Assembly (NCBI GenBank): GCA_003056165.1
Contig: LSNR01000014.1
Span: 70,408 to 134,407 of the forward strand
Reading direction: 5' to 3'
DNA length: 64,000 nt
Source of the DNA: Parcubacteria group bacterium M6-OD1-3
GTDB taxonomy: Bacteria > Patescibacteriota > Minisyncoccia > Moranbacterales > UBA9337
The notes beneath the pieces are model-generated. The model saw only the letters and a program-made list of their open reading frames with translations, searched no databases and was not told the DNA's origin. Every line of letters begins with the position of its first letter. Within the stretch, counting starts at the first letter, position 1. A program made the translations under genes and the position numbers. Positions 19,769 through 31,440 of this stretch are shown here, piece by piece.

Positions 19769-20215
19769 ATGTTATATAATTTTAAAATTAAAAAACACAG
19801 CAAAAAAGGTTCTGTTCTCATTTTTACATTGTTTATAATGATGATTAGCTTGGTTGCCGGAATTGGTATCATTTCCGTTTCCAACTTTGATAGACAGAGT
19901 TCTCTCTCTACAACAAAAACAGTTAATTCATTTCAAATTGCTGATATGGGGCTGGAAAGAGCATTGAATGCAATTAAAAATGAATCGCCAGCGAAAAGAA
20001 TAAATCAGATAGTATTTTTTAAAGATGATTGTAGCTCCGGCGAGGTAGCAAAGGATGCTTTTGGTGGTTTTGGAACTTATATAATAACATTCTATGATAG
20101 TGCGGATACTCAATTACAATGTGATGATACAATCGGTGACATTAAAAGTATAAAATCTGTTGGAAAATATAAAGGAACTAATCGTGCCGTGGAAGTAGTC
20201 TTACCTTCGCCTTAG
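19769..20215 (+). CDS. Short PilX-like minor pilin
   Basis: KKG|SVLIFTL lacking Glu5; ADMGLERAL; IKSVG...RAVEV. Confidence 0.8.
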   Translation: MLYNFKIKKHSKKGSVLIFTLFIMMISLVAGIGIISVSNFDRQSSLSTTKTVNSFQIADMGLERALNAIKNESPAKRINQIVFFKDDCSSGEVAKDAFGGFGTYIITFYDSADTQLQCDDTIGDIKSIKSVGKYKGTNRAVEVVLPSP

Positions 20216-20278
20216 TAATTTTGAAATCTGTAAGTTAATTGATGAATATAACCGTTGAATAAAAATCCTTCTTTTTAG

Positions 20279-22552
<2,274 letters not shown>

Positions 22553-22561
22553 TTTTTGAAA

Positions 22562-22723
22562 TAGACTTCTTTGGAAAGTAATGTCGTTATGAAAATTTTT
22601 AGTTTTGAGTAAAATTTAATGAATACTTTTCGAAAGCCTAACCTTAGCTAAGCTGAGAAAAGTTGAGATAAATTTTGTCAAAAATAATTATTTGTGATAG
22701 AAAATACTTTCTAAGGAAGTCTA
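22562..22723. repeat. 19-bp imperfect inverted repeats enclosing 162 bp (MITE-like element or long RNA stem)
   Basis: tagacttctttggaaagta (22562-22580) vs tactttctaaggaagtcta (22705-22723): 17/19 complementary. Confidence 0.6.
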
Positions 22724-22736
22724 GTATATTAAAAAT

Positions 22737-23030
22737 ATGTCAATAACAAAAGAAGAAATAAAACATATTGCCACTTTGGCGAGAATTGGTTTAAGAGAAG
22801 AAGAAATAAACAAGAGCCAGAAAGAACTTTCTGTTGTTTTGGATTATTTTAAAAAATTGAAAAAAGTGGATACGAAAAAAATTAATTCAGTCGGGCATAT
22901 TACTCGAGTGAATAGTGTCTATAGAAATGATAATATTGAAGAATGTTCGGAAAATGTTCATAAGCAAATTATGAAAAATGTTCCGCAACTTAAAGATAAT
23001 CAAATCAAAGTAAGGTCTGTTTTAAAATAA
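22737..23030 (+). CDS. gatC: Asp/Glu-tRNA amidotransferase subunit C
   Basis: EEIKHIATLARI; precedes gatA. Confidence 0.92.
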   Translation: MSITKEEIKHIATLARIGLREEEINKSQKELSVVLDYFKKLKKVDTKKINSVGHITRVNSVYRNDNIEECSENVHKQIMKNVPQLKDNQIKVRSVLK

Positions 23031-23172
23031 TAAAGTTAAAATTTACATATTCAAATAGAGTGCGAAGTAAAGTTTGGACTTGAGGAGGAGCGGAGCGACG
23101 GGAAAGACTGAATTTTGCGGAGCATAAAAGTGAAGATAATAAATTTAAAACTTACACATTTTCCATAAAATA

Positions 23173-24630
23173 ATGATTAAAAAATTACATAAACAATTAA
23201 AAAATGGTGAAATTACTTCTACAGAGTTAACTCTGAAGTATTTTTCTAAAATTGAAAAAAAGGACAGTGATATTCTGGCTTTTTTAACATTGACTAAAGA
23301 TTTAGCGGTGAAGCAAGCGCAAGCGGTTGATGAAAAAATTAAAAAGGGCGAGGAGATTGATTTGTTGGCGGGAATTCCAATGGCAATTAAGGACAATATG
23401 TGTGTTAGTGGAGAAAGAACTACTGCTGCTTCAAAAATTTTAGATAATTATATTGCACCTTATGATGCGACGGTTATAAAAAGACTTAAGAAATCTGGGG
23501 CTGTCATTTTAGGAAAAACAAATCTGGACGAATTTGCTATGGGAGCATCGACGGAAAATAGTGCTTATCAAAAAACAAAAAACCCGATTGATATTTCAAG
23601 AGTTCCTGGCGGTTCCTCTGGCGGTTCAGTGGCGTCTGTTGCTGGGAAAATGGCAGTATATGCTTTGGGCTCTGATACGGGGGGTTCCATTCGTCAGCCC
23701 TCGGCGTTTTGCGGAACGGTCGGATTAAAACCGACTTATGGACGAGTTTCTCGGCACGGATTATTGGCGATGGCATCAAGTTTAGATCAAATCGGTCCGA
23801 TTACCGAGACTGTGGAAGACTCAGCAATTGTCCTTTCACGAATTGCCGGCAGAGATAAAATGGATGCTACCTCAGCAAAAAGCGGAGGGAAATCTTATGA
23901 AGATTTTTTGACCGGAGATATTTCCGGAGTGACAATCGGTGTGCCAAAAGAATATTTCGGCGATGATTTGGATGATAAGATTAGAGCTATCGCAATGAAA
24001 GCGATTGATAAATTTAAAAAATTGGGAGCTAAAATAAAAGAGATTAGCATTCCGCACAGCGAGTATGCCTTACCAGTTTATTATATTATTGTTCCATCGG
24101 AAGTCAGCTCCAATATGGCAAGATTTGACGGAATAAGGTATGGCTTGAGCATTGACAATGAAGAAAAGTCAATCTTGAATGATGGAACTTTGTTGGAAAC
24201 TTATTTGGATACGCGAGAAATAGGTTTGGGTGATGAAGTGAAGAAAAGAATGATGCTGGGAACTTATACTTTATCCGCTGGATATTACGACGCTTATTAC
24301 AAAAAGGCGCAAAAAGTTCGGGAACTTTTGTATCAAGATTTTCAAAAGATTTTTAATCCATCAGGAGACGGAGTTGATTTGATTTTTTCTCCGACAGCTC
24401 CTGAACCAGCTTTTAAGTTTGGTGAGAAAATGAATGACCCGTTGAAAATGTATTTAACGGATATTTATACCGTGACGGCGAATTTAGTTGGTGTTCCGGC
24501 AATTTCATTTCCGATTGGAACAGTTAAAGAAGATGGAAAAGACCTCCCTATTGGCGGGCAATTAATGGGCAAATGGTTTGGTGAAGAAGAATTATTAAAT
24601 GTTGCGCATACTTTTGAAATTACAAAATAA
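23173..24630 (+). CDS. gatA: Asp/Glu-tRNA amidotransferase subunit A
   Basis: Amidase signature GGSSGGS, GSDTGGSIRQP, RFDGIRYG. Confidence 0.97.
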   Translation: MIKKLHKQLKNGEITSTELTLKYFSKIEKKDSDILAFLTLTKDLAVKQAQAVDEKIKKGEEIDLLAGIPMAIKDNMCVSGERTTAASKILDNYIAPYDATVIKRLKKSGAVILGKTNLDEFAMGASTENSAYQKTKNPIDISRVPGGSSGGSVASVAGKMAVYALGSDTGGSIRQPSAFCGTVGLKPTYGRVSRHGLLAMASSLDQIGPITETVEDSAIVLSRIAGRDKMDATSAKSGGKSYEDFLTGDISGVTIGVPKEYFGDDLDDKIRAIAMKAIDKFKKLGAKIKEISIPHSEYALPVYYIIVPSEVSSNMARFDGIRYGLSIDNEEKSILNDGTLLETYLDTREIGLGDEVKKRMMLGTYTLSAGYYDAYYKKAQKVRELLYQDFQKIFNPSGDGVDLIFSPTAPEPAFKFGEKMNDPLKMYLTDIYTVTANLVGVPAISFPIGTVKEDGKDLPIGGQLMGKWFGEEELLNVAHTFEITK

Positions 24631-24756
24631 TTCCGGGTTATATTATTTGAAAATTTATGTACGAAAGAAATACAATTAAACAATGATATTTTAAATAGCG
24701 AGATTTCCACTAATCCGCAAGGAGGTAAAAACCTTATTGTCATAAAAAATAAAAAA

Positions 24757-25281
24757 ATGGAAATTATTATTCCCGTTATCAATCAAATTATAATGAGCTT
24801 CAATTCCTTTTTGGATTCAGGTTTTTTTGCTTTTATAAAATTTTTGATAGCCATTTATGTAATAGTTCTGTTCGTAGACCTAATTTTACTTTTGGTAGTT
24901 CGCGGACTAGGCGGTGATTTGGAAAAAACTATCAAAGGAACAACGATGCCAATTGCTTCGCGAAAGAGAATGCGTAAGATGTGGGATAAAATAGAGGAGC
25001 GACTTGAGACCGGAAGTTTATCGCAATACAAGGTGGCGATTTTGGAAGCGGATAATTTGGTGGACGAAATATTGTTAAAAATTGGTTATCAAGGAAATAA
25101 TATGGGCGAGAGATTAGAGAATGTTGATTCAAAACAAATTGAAGAATTTGATGATTTAAAAAAAGCTCATCAAATTAGAAATAAAATAATTTATGATAAA
25201 AATTTTGTAATAAATAAACAAGAGGCTCAAAAGGCTATTAATCCATATAGAGAATTTTTAGAGAATTTTGAAATAATTTAA
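24757..25281 (+). CDS. Conserved hypothetical membrane-anchored protein
   Basis: TM helix then AILEAD...GY.G..MGERL...AH..RN helical domain. Confidence 0.7.
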   Translation: MEIIIPVINQIIMSFNSFLDSGFFAFIKFLIAIYVIVLFVDLILLLVVRGLGGDLEKTIKGTTMPIASRKRMRKMWDKIEERLETGSLSQYKVAILEADNLVDEILLKIGYQGNNMGERLENVDSKQIEEFDDLKKAHQIRNKIIYDKNFVINKQEAQKAINPYREFLENFEII

Positions 25282-25307
25282 AATAAATAAATTTTTAAAA
25301 TAAAAAT

Positions 25308-26219
25308 ATGATATACGATTTAATTATTATTGGTGCTGGTCCAGCTGGATTAGGAGCATCAATTTACGCATCTCGTTATAAGCTAAATCATTTGGTTATT
25401 GGCGAGGAAGTGGGTGGACAAGTGGTAGAAGCATCTAAAATTGAAAATTATGCCGGCTTTGAATCAATTTCTGGGAAAGAATTGATGAATAAGTTTCGTA
25501 AACAAACGGAAGATTTAGGAGCTAAAATTATTCAAGCTTCCGTTTCGAGAGTTGAGAAAAAAGAAAACGAATTTGAAGTGTTAACAAAAGACGGAAAAAA
25601 ATATTTAGCTAAAACTTTAATTTTGGCATTGGGAATGAAACCGAGAAGAATGAATATTGCCGGAGAGAATGAATTTATCGGTAAGGGAATTTCTTATTGT
25701 GCTACTTGCGACGCGATGTTCTTTAGGGATAAAACTGTAGTGGTTGTCGGTGGTGGCGATGCGGCGGCGATGGCTGCACAACATTTAGTGGAATTTGCTG
25801 ACAAAGTTTATGTTTTACATCGACAAGAAACAACTTGGAATCCAGCAAGAGAAGATAGTTTAAAGGAAAATAAAAAAATTGAATTGATTTGTTGTGCGGA
25901 CATTACAGAAATTAAAGGAAATAAAGTTGTCGAAGAAATTATTTACAAAAAAGATGATAAAGAATTTAATTTGGCGGTGCAGGGAGTTTTTATTGAAATT
26001 GGTTCAGTTCCGGGAATAGATATTATAAAAAAATTAAATGTAAAAACTGATGATAAGGAATATATCATTGTTAATCAAATGCAAGAGACTAACATTGATG
26101 GAGTTTGGGCGTCTGGTGATGTAACGACAGGATCGAATAAATTTCGTCAAATTATTACCGCTGTTGCTGAGGGTGCTGTTGCTTCCGGAAGTGTTTATAA
26201 AGAATTAAAATTAAAATAA
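25308..26219 (+). CDS. trxB: Thioredoxin reductase
   Basis: IIGAGPAG, GISYCATCD, GDVT...QIITA. Confidence 0.9.
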   Translation: MIYDLIIIGAGPAGLGASIYASRYKLNHLVIGEEVGGQVVEASKIENYAGFESISGKELMNKFRKQTEDLGAKIIQASVSRVEKKENEFEVLTKDGKKYLAKTLILALGMKPRRMNIAGENEFIGKGISYCATCDAMFFRDKTVVVVGGGDAAAMAAQHLVEFADKVYVLHRQETTWNPAREDSLKENKKIELICCADITEIKGNKVVEEIIYKKDDKEFNLAVQGVFIEIGSVPGIDIIKKLNVKTDDKEYIIVNQMQETNIDGVWASGDVTTGSNKFRQIITAVAEGAVASGSVYKELKLK

Positions 26220-26230
26220 TGCAATGTTTT

Positions 26231-26262
26231 GTGTATCTTTAAAGATATCTTTAAAGATACAC
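26231..26262. repeat. Perfect 32-bp palindrome built from 12-bp TATCTTTAAAGA units, upstream of abrB-like gene
   Basis: gtgtatctttaaagat|atctttaaagatacac. Confidence 0.9.
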
Positions 26263-26274
26263 ATCGAATTTTTT

Positions 26275-26466
26275 ATGAGAAGAGATTTAAAAAATAAAAA
26301 TATCAGAAAGATATATAAAAGATCGGGAAGTTACGCGCTAACAATTCCAATGGAAATAATTAAAGCACTTGGTATTAGAAATAAACAAAAAGTTGTTGTT
26401 GAAAAAAGAGGTGATGAAATAATAATTAAAGATTGGAAACCTGCCTGTCGAGTAGGCGGGAAATAA
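26275..26466 (+). CDS. AbrB/MazE/SpoVT-family DNA-binding protein (start re-assigned from 26224)
   Basis: IRKI..RSGSYALTIP..I...LGIR.KQKV; paralog of 45032..45214. Confidence 0.85.
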   Translation: MRRDLKNKNIRKIYKRSGSYALTIPMEIIKALGIRNKQKVVVEKRGDEIIIKDWKPACRVGGK

Positions 26467-26471
26467 TAATT

Positions 26472-26879
26472 ATGGATGCAATACAATTATCGAAGAAAAT
26501 GATTGAAATAAAAACGGACAAAGCTCCGCAGGCGGTTGGTCCATATTCACAAGCGATTGAATCCAACGGTCTTATCTTTGTTTCCGGACAAATAGCTATT
26601 GATTATAAGACGGGATTATTTGAAGAAAATAACGATATTGAAAAGCAATCAGAAATGGTTTTAAATAATATAAAAAATATTCTTGAAAAATGTAAGCTGA
26701 ATTTGGATGATGTTGTTAAAGTGGAAATTTTCTTGAGTAATATAAAAGATTTTAAAATGGTCAATAAAATTTATGGAAAATATTTTGTAAATAATCCTAA
26801 ACCCGCTCGGCAAACTGTGGAAGTTTCAAAATTGCCACTGAATGCTAAAATTGAAATATCATGTATAGCAAAAAAATAA
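26472..26879 (+). CDS. ridA: RidA family enamine deaminase (start 26472 or 26499)
   Basis: APQAVGPYSQA, FVSGQI, PAR..VEV..LP...KIEI. Confidence 0.92.
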   Translation: MDAIQLSKKMIEIKTDKAPQAVGPYSQAIESNGLIFVSGQIAIDYKTGLFEENNDIEKQSEMVLNNIKNILEKCKLNLDDVVKVEIFLSNIKDFKMVNKIYGKYFVNNPKPARQTVEVSKLPLNAKIEISCIAKK

Positions 26880-28090
26880 ATGCTCAAGAAATAGAAAAAG
26901 CTAAAGAAAAATTTTCTGAAATTGTCAAAGAAACCCCCTTACAATATTCTGCCAGATTATCAAAAAAATATGGATGTAGTTTTTTCCTTAAGAGAGAAGA
27001 TTTGCAAGTTATTAGATCTTATAAGATAAGAGGTGCTTTTAATGCTATTAGTAATTTGGAAGAAAAAAATAGGGTTAAAGGTGTGGTGTGCGCCAGTGCT
27101 GGAAATCATGCTCAAGGTGTGGCGGTTGCATGTAAATTTTTTAAGGCAACTGGCTTTATATTTATGCCGAAAACAACACCATTACAAAAAATTGAAAGAA
27201 CAAAAAAATTCGGAGGAAGATATGTGCAAGTTATTTTAGAGGGAGATAGCTTTGATGATGCTCAAAAGAAAGCTTTAGAATTTTCAAGCAGAAAAAAAAT
27301 AAGCTATATCGCTCCATTTGACAATGAAAATACAATTATAGGAAATGGAACTATTGGTTTAGAAATTTTGAAGCAAATGGGTGATAAAAAAATAGATGCG
27401 GTAGTTGTGCCAATTGGTGGCGGTGGTTTGATAAGTGGTATTGGTAGTTATATTAAAGAAAAAAGTCCAAACACTAAAATAATTGGTGTTGAAGCAAATG
27501 GGAGCGCTAGTATGAAGGAAGCTTTCAAAAAAGGAAGACCAGTAGAGTTAAAAAAAGTTGAGACGTTTGCTGATGGAGTGGCCGTGAAAAAAATTGGTGA
27601 TATAAATTTTAAAATTGCCAAAAAGGTTGTTGATGAGCTTATGACTGTCCCTGAAAATAGAGTTTGTGCAACTATTTTGAAATTACTTAAGGAAGAAGGA
27701 ATAATTTTGGAGCCAGCGGGGGCTTTATCTATAAATGCCGTTAGAGATTTTTCAAAGAAAGAATTAAAAAATAAAAATATAGTTTGTATTTTGAGCGGTG
27801 GAAATCTTGATTTTAACAGATTACCAAATATTAAAGAACGCTATTTGAGTTATAAAGGATTGAAAAAATATTTGATAGTTAATTTCCCACAAAGACCAAA
27901 AGCTTTGAGAGAATTTGTAGATTGTCTTGGCGATGAGGATAACGTTGTGGATATTTATTATTCAGAAGCTGAAGGGCAATGGGGAGAGGCAAGGATTAAC
28001 ATTCAAACAACTAAAAAGAAAAACTTTGAAAAACTATATAAAAAATTAAATAAAGCTAATATTAAATTTAGAGAAAATGGTGGTTTTTAA
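26861..28090 (+). CDS. ilvA: Threonine (serine) dehydratase with C-terminal regulatory domain
   Basis: KREDLQ..RSYKIRGA PLP lysine, SAGNHAQG, GGGGLI, FPQRP.AL. Confidence 0.92.
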   Translation: MYSKKINAQEIEKAKEKFSEIVKETPLQYSARLSKKYGCSFFLKREDLQVIRSYKIRGAFNAISNLEEKNRVKGVVCASAGNHAQGVAVACKFFKATGFIFMPKTTPLQKIERTKKFGGRYVQVILEGDSFDDAQKKALEFSSRKKISYIAPFDNENTIIGNGTIGLEILKQMGDKKIDAVVVPIGGGGLISGIGSYIKEKSPNTKIIGVEANGSASMKEAFKKGRPVELKKVETFADGVAVKKIGDINFKIAKKVVDELMTVPENRVCATILKLLKEEGIILEPAGALSINAVRDFSKKELKNKNIVCILSGGNLDFNRLPNIKERYLSYKGLKKYLIVNFPQRPKALREFVDCLGDEDNVVDIYYSEAEGQWGEARINIQTTKKKNFEKLYKKLNKANIKFRENGGF

Positions 28091-28112
28091 AAATTAAAAT
28101 TAAAATAATAAT

Positions 28113-29231
28113 ATGAATGCAATACAATTATCGAAGAAGATAGGGGGAAAAATTGAAGTTAAATCTAAAAAGAAATTAACTAAAGAAAATTTGGCAGTAC
28201 TTTATACTCCGGGAGTGGCGGATGTTTCTCGAGCGATAGCAAAAAATAAAAAGCTTTCTTTTGAGTACACTATTCGCAAAAATATGGTAGCAGTTGTTTC
28301 GGACGGAAGTGCTGTTTTAGGATTAGGTAATATTGGACCAGAGGGAGCTTTGCCAGTGATGGAAGGCAAAGCACTTTTATTTAAAGAATTGGCGGGAATA
28401 GATGCTTTTCCAATAGTTTTAGATACTCAAGATACTGATAAGATTGTGAGATTAGTAAAAAATATTGCACCAACATTTGGCGGAATAAATTTGGAAGACA
28501 TTTCTGCTCCGCGATGCTTTGAGATTGAAGAGAGGCTGAAAAAGGAGTTGGACATTCCTGTTTTCCACGATGACCAGCACGGAACAGCAATCGTAGTTTT
28601 GGCTGGATTAATTAATGCTTGTCAAGTTGTAAAAAAAGATATAAAAAAGGTTGAAGTTGTGATTTCTGGAGCAGGTGCGGCGGGAATGGCGATTGCAAAA
28701 TTACTCTTAAAATATGGAATTAAAAATATTAAATTAGTTGATAGTCGAGGGATAATTTATGTTGGACGAAAAGAGGGAATGAATTGGATTAAAGATGAAA
28801 TGGCAAAACTTACCAATTTGGAGAAAAGGAAAGGCGGGCTAGTCGATGCCTTGAAGAGTGCGGATGTTTTTATTGGAGTTTCTGCTCCTGGAATTTTAAA
28901 AGCAAAAGATATCGCTGTAATGAATAATAATGCAATTGTTTTTGCAATGAGTAATCCTTTGCCAGAAATTATGCCTGAAGAAGCTAAAGAAGGTGGGGCA
29001 AAAATTGTCGCTACTGGTCGCTCGGATTATCCGAATCAAATAAATAATGTGCTTGTTTTTCCTGGTATTTTTAAGGGAGCCTTAACTAAAAGAGTAAAAA
29101 ATATAACAGATAATCATAAAATAAAAGTAGCAAAAGCTATTGCTAATATGATTAAAAATCCTACTGCTAAAAAAATAATCCCTAGTGCATTGAATAAACA
29201 AGTGATTAAGAAGATAGTAGAGGTGTTTTAA
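28113..29231 (+). CDS. NAD(P)-dependent malic enzyme
   Basis: YTPGVA, MEGKA, INLEDI, FHDDQHGTA, GAGAAG, NQINN. Confidence 0.95.
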   Translation: MNAIQLSKKIGGKIEVKSKKKLTKENLAVLYTPGVADVSRAIAKNKKLSFEYTIRKNMVAVVSDGSAVLGLGNIGPEGALPVMEGKALLFKELAGIDAFPIVLDTQDTDKIVRLVKNIAPTFGGINLEDISAPRCFEIEERLKKELDIPVFHDDQHGTAIVVLAGLINACQVVKKDIKKVEVVISGAGAAGMAIAKLLLKYGIKNIKLVDSRGIIYVGRKEGMNWIKDEMAKLTNLEKRKGGLVDALKSADVFIGVSAPGILKAKDIAVMNNNAIVFAMSNPLPEIMPEEAKEGGAKIVATGRSDYPNQINNVLVFPGIFKGALTKRVKNITDNHKIKVAKAIANMIKNPTAKKIIPSALNKQVIKKIVEVF

Positions 29232-29401
29232 ATTTCCTCAAAAACTCACATTTAATTAGAACATAGGTCTTCTTTTAAAGGGAGAAATTTTTTATAGAAG
29301 TTCCTTTTTTCAAGAAAATAGTGTACAATATGAACAGAGAGATGACTTGTTGCTAAAACAAAAAGTAGAATTTAAAAATTCTAAAAAAATAAAAAAAGAG
29401 G

Positions 29402-30799
29402 ATGCTATTAAAGCAAATAAAAATAAATAATAGAATCTGGCAGAGGAATAAAAAGGGAACGTCTTTGATTGAAGCCCTAGTTTTAATATTTGTTTTTTCG
29501 GTGGCAGTACTCTCATTTTACTCTGTATTTAGTTTAAGTGTACGCTATATTACGCAGTCAAAAGATAGAACGGTGGCTATATCATTAGCGAATGAAAGAA
29601 TGGAATTGTTGCGTAATTTGAGTTATGATGATGTGGCTATTATTGGTGGTATTCCAAATGGAAATGTTAATCCAGATGAAACAGTTACTGTTGGGAATAA
29701 AAGCTTTCATATTATTACTGATATTAAATATTATGATGACCCCGATGATGGAATATTTGGAGGTTCTCCTAGTGATATAATCCCGACTGACTACAAAACA
29801 GCATTGATTGTTGTTGCCTGGGGTGGAGAAAGCTCTTCGGAAAAAGTGTCATTGTCATCACGATTTGTACCTCCGGGAGTAGAAACTAATGTTGGCGGAG
29901 GGACATTGTCATTAAATGCAATCGATTTTTCTGGCACTCCAGTTGCTAATGTTTCGGTAAATTTGGTTAATACCAGCCTTTCTCCAAATGTTAATTATAA
30001 TACTAATATGGACTCCAATGGAAATATTTTATTACAAGGAGTTCCTGCAGATAGTAATCAGAACTATCAGATAACACTTTCTAAAAGCGGTTACGAAACT
30101 GTAAAAACATATCCACCAGTGGGAGCGGGATTTATTCCAAAAGATACACATATGTCAATTGTGGAAGGTGTTTTGAATAGTGAAACTTTGGAAATAAATT
30201 TGCTGGCAACCTTAAAAATAAAAAGTGTTGACCCTTTTGGTATGGAAATTAGTAATGCAACTTTTGATTTGACAGGGGGTAGAAGACTGGATGATGGAAC
30301 GGCTACCGCTGTATATAGTTATAATGATTCGGAGTCAACTAATAGTGATGGAGATTTTTCGTTAGATGATGAAAGTCCAGGTGAGTATATAGTTGATATT
30401 ACTGGAACCACTGATACGGATTATACCTTTTGGAAGCTTAGTCCTGGAACTGATTCTGACAATAAAAAAGTTAATTTATCTCCGGGAGCTACACAAAGTT
30501 CAGATATGATTTTAATGGATAAAAATTTAGATTCGGCATTTATTACTGCTACAAATGGAGCTACAGGAGATTTCGTAGAAGGAGCTCATATAAACCTAAA
30601 GAATAATACACTTAGCTATGATGTCACTCTAGATACTGATAAATATGGAACGGTTTATTTCCCCGAAACGCTTGATGTTCCTTTACAAAATGGGGAAACA
30701 TATGATTTAAAAATTACCGCTGATGGTTATGATGATTTAACTGATACGATTACAATCAATAAATATACCAATAAAGATGTAACATTAACTGCACAATAA
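29402..30799 (+). CDS. Large PilV-like minor pilin with C-terminal carboxypeptidase-regulatory-like/Ig repeats
   Basis: KKG|TSLIEAL, LANERMELLRNL, repeated YxIT.SK.GY beta-sandwich motifs. Confidence 0.8.
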   Translation: MLLKQIKINNRIWQRNKKGTSLIEALVLIFVFSVAVLSFYSVFSLSVRYITQSKDRTVAISLANERMELLRNLSYDDVAIIGGIPNGNVNPDETVTVGNKSFHIITDIKYYDDPDDGIFGGSPSDIIPTDYKTALIVVAWGGESSSEKVSLSSRFVPPGVETNVGGGTLSLNAIDFSGTPVANVSVNLVNTSLSPNVNYNTNMDSNGNILLQGVPADSNQNYQITLSKSGYETVKTYPPVGAGFIPKDTHMSIVEGVLNSETLEINLLATLKIKSVDPFGMEISNATFDLTGGRRLDDGTATAVYSYNDSESTNSDGDFSLDDESPGEYIVDITGTTDTDYTFWKLSPGTDSDNKKVNLSPGATQSSDMILMDKNLDSAFITATNGATGDFVEGAHINLKNNTLSYDVTLDTDKYGTVYFPETLDVPLQNGETYDLKITADGYDDLTDTITINKYTNKDVTLTAQ

Positions 30800-30813
30800 T
30801 CTTATTTTGCTTT

Positions 30814-31434
30814 GTGAATAAATTAAATAAAAATAAAATTTTGACTAGAAAGGGTATGAGCTTCGTGGAGATGATTATTGCTATAGGAATATTTTCCTTA
30901 ATGATGATTGGAATTACTATGTTTTTCATTAAGTCTTGGAATAATTATAATTATGTTATGGATACAAATTCAAGTTCCATTTCTGCAAGTCAGGGGATTA
31001 GTAAGATTGTTAATAATATTCGTAAGGCAAGAAGTGCTGATAATGGAGCTTATCCTATTAAATCTGTAAACGATTTTGATTTAGTTATTTTTAGTGATTA
31101 TGATAGAGATGGAGTTACTGAGAAAATGCACTATTATTTAAATAGTGGAAATTTGATGCTTGGAATAAGTGAGCCAAATGGCGTGCCACCAACTTATCCA
31201 AACGGAGATACAACAACAAGCACGGTCGTACTCAATGTAATAAATGATGCTTCTCATCCGATTTTCTATTATTATGATAGTACTAATAATGTCATTAATA
31301 ATCCAACTGCAAATCTAGCAAGTATTAGAATGATTAAAATTAGCTTAACAGTTCAAGGAAATTCAGCTAATGATGTTAACACAGAATCTTTTGCATCGTT
31401 ACGCAACTTAAATGAAAATGATACTATACAATAA
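30814..31434 (+). CDS. Minor pilin (PilW-like)
   Basis: RKG|MSFVEMIIAI; C-terminal SLRN. Confidence 0.85.
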   Translation: MNKLNKNKILTRKGMSFVEMIIAIGIFSLMMIGITMFFIKSWNNYNYVMDTNSSSISASQGISKIVNNIRKARSADNGAYPIKSVNDFDLVIFSDYDRDGVTEKMHYYLNSGNLMLGISEPNGVPPTYPNGDTTTSTVVLNVINDASHPIFYYYDSTNNVINNPTANLASIRMIKISLTVQGNSANDVNTESFASLRNLNENDTIQ

Positions 31435-31440
31435 AAAATT

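Noticed and set aside
26275-26879. AbrB-RidA as a toxin-antitoxin pair
   Set aside because: The downstream gene is a canonical RidA enzyme rather than a toxin, and neither abrB has an adjacent toxin ORF.
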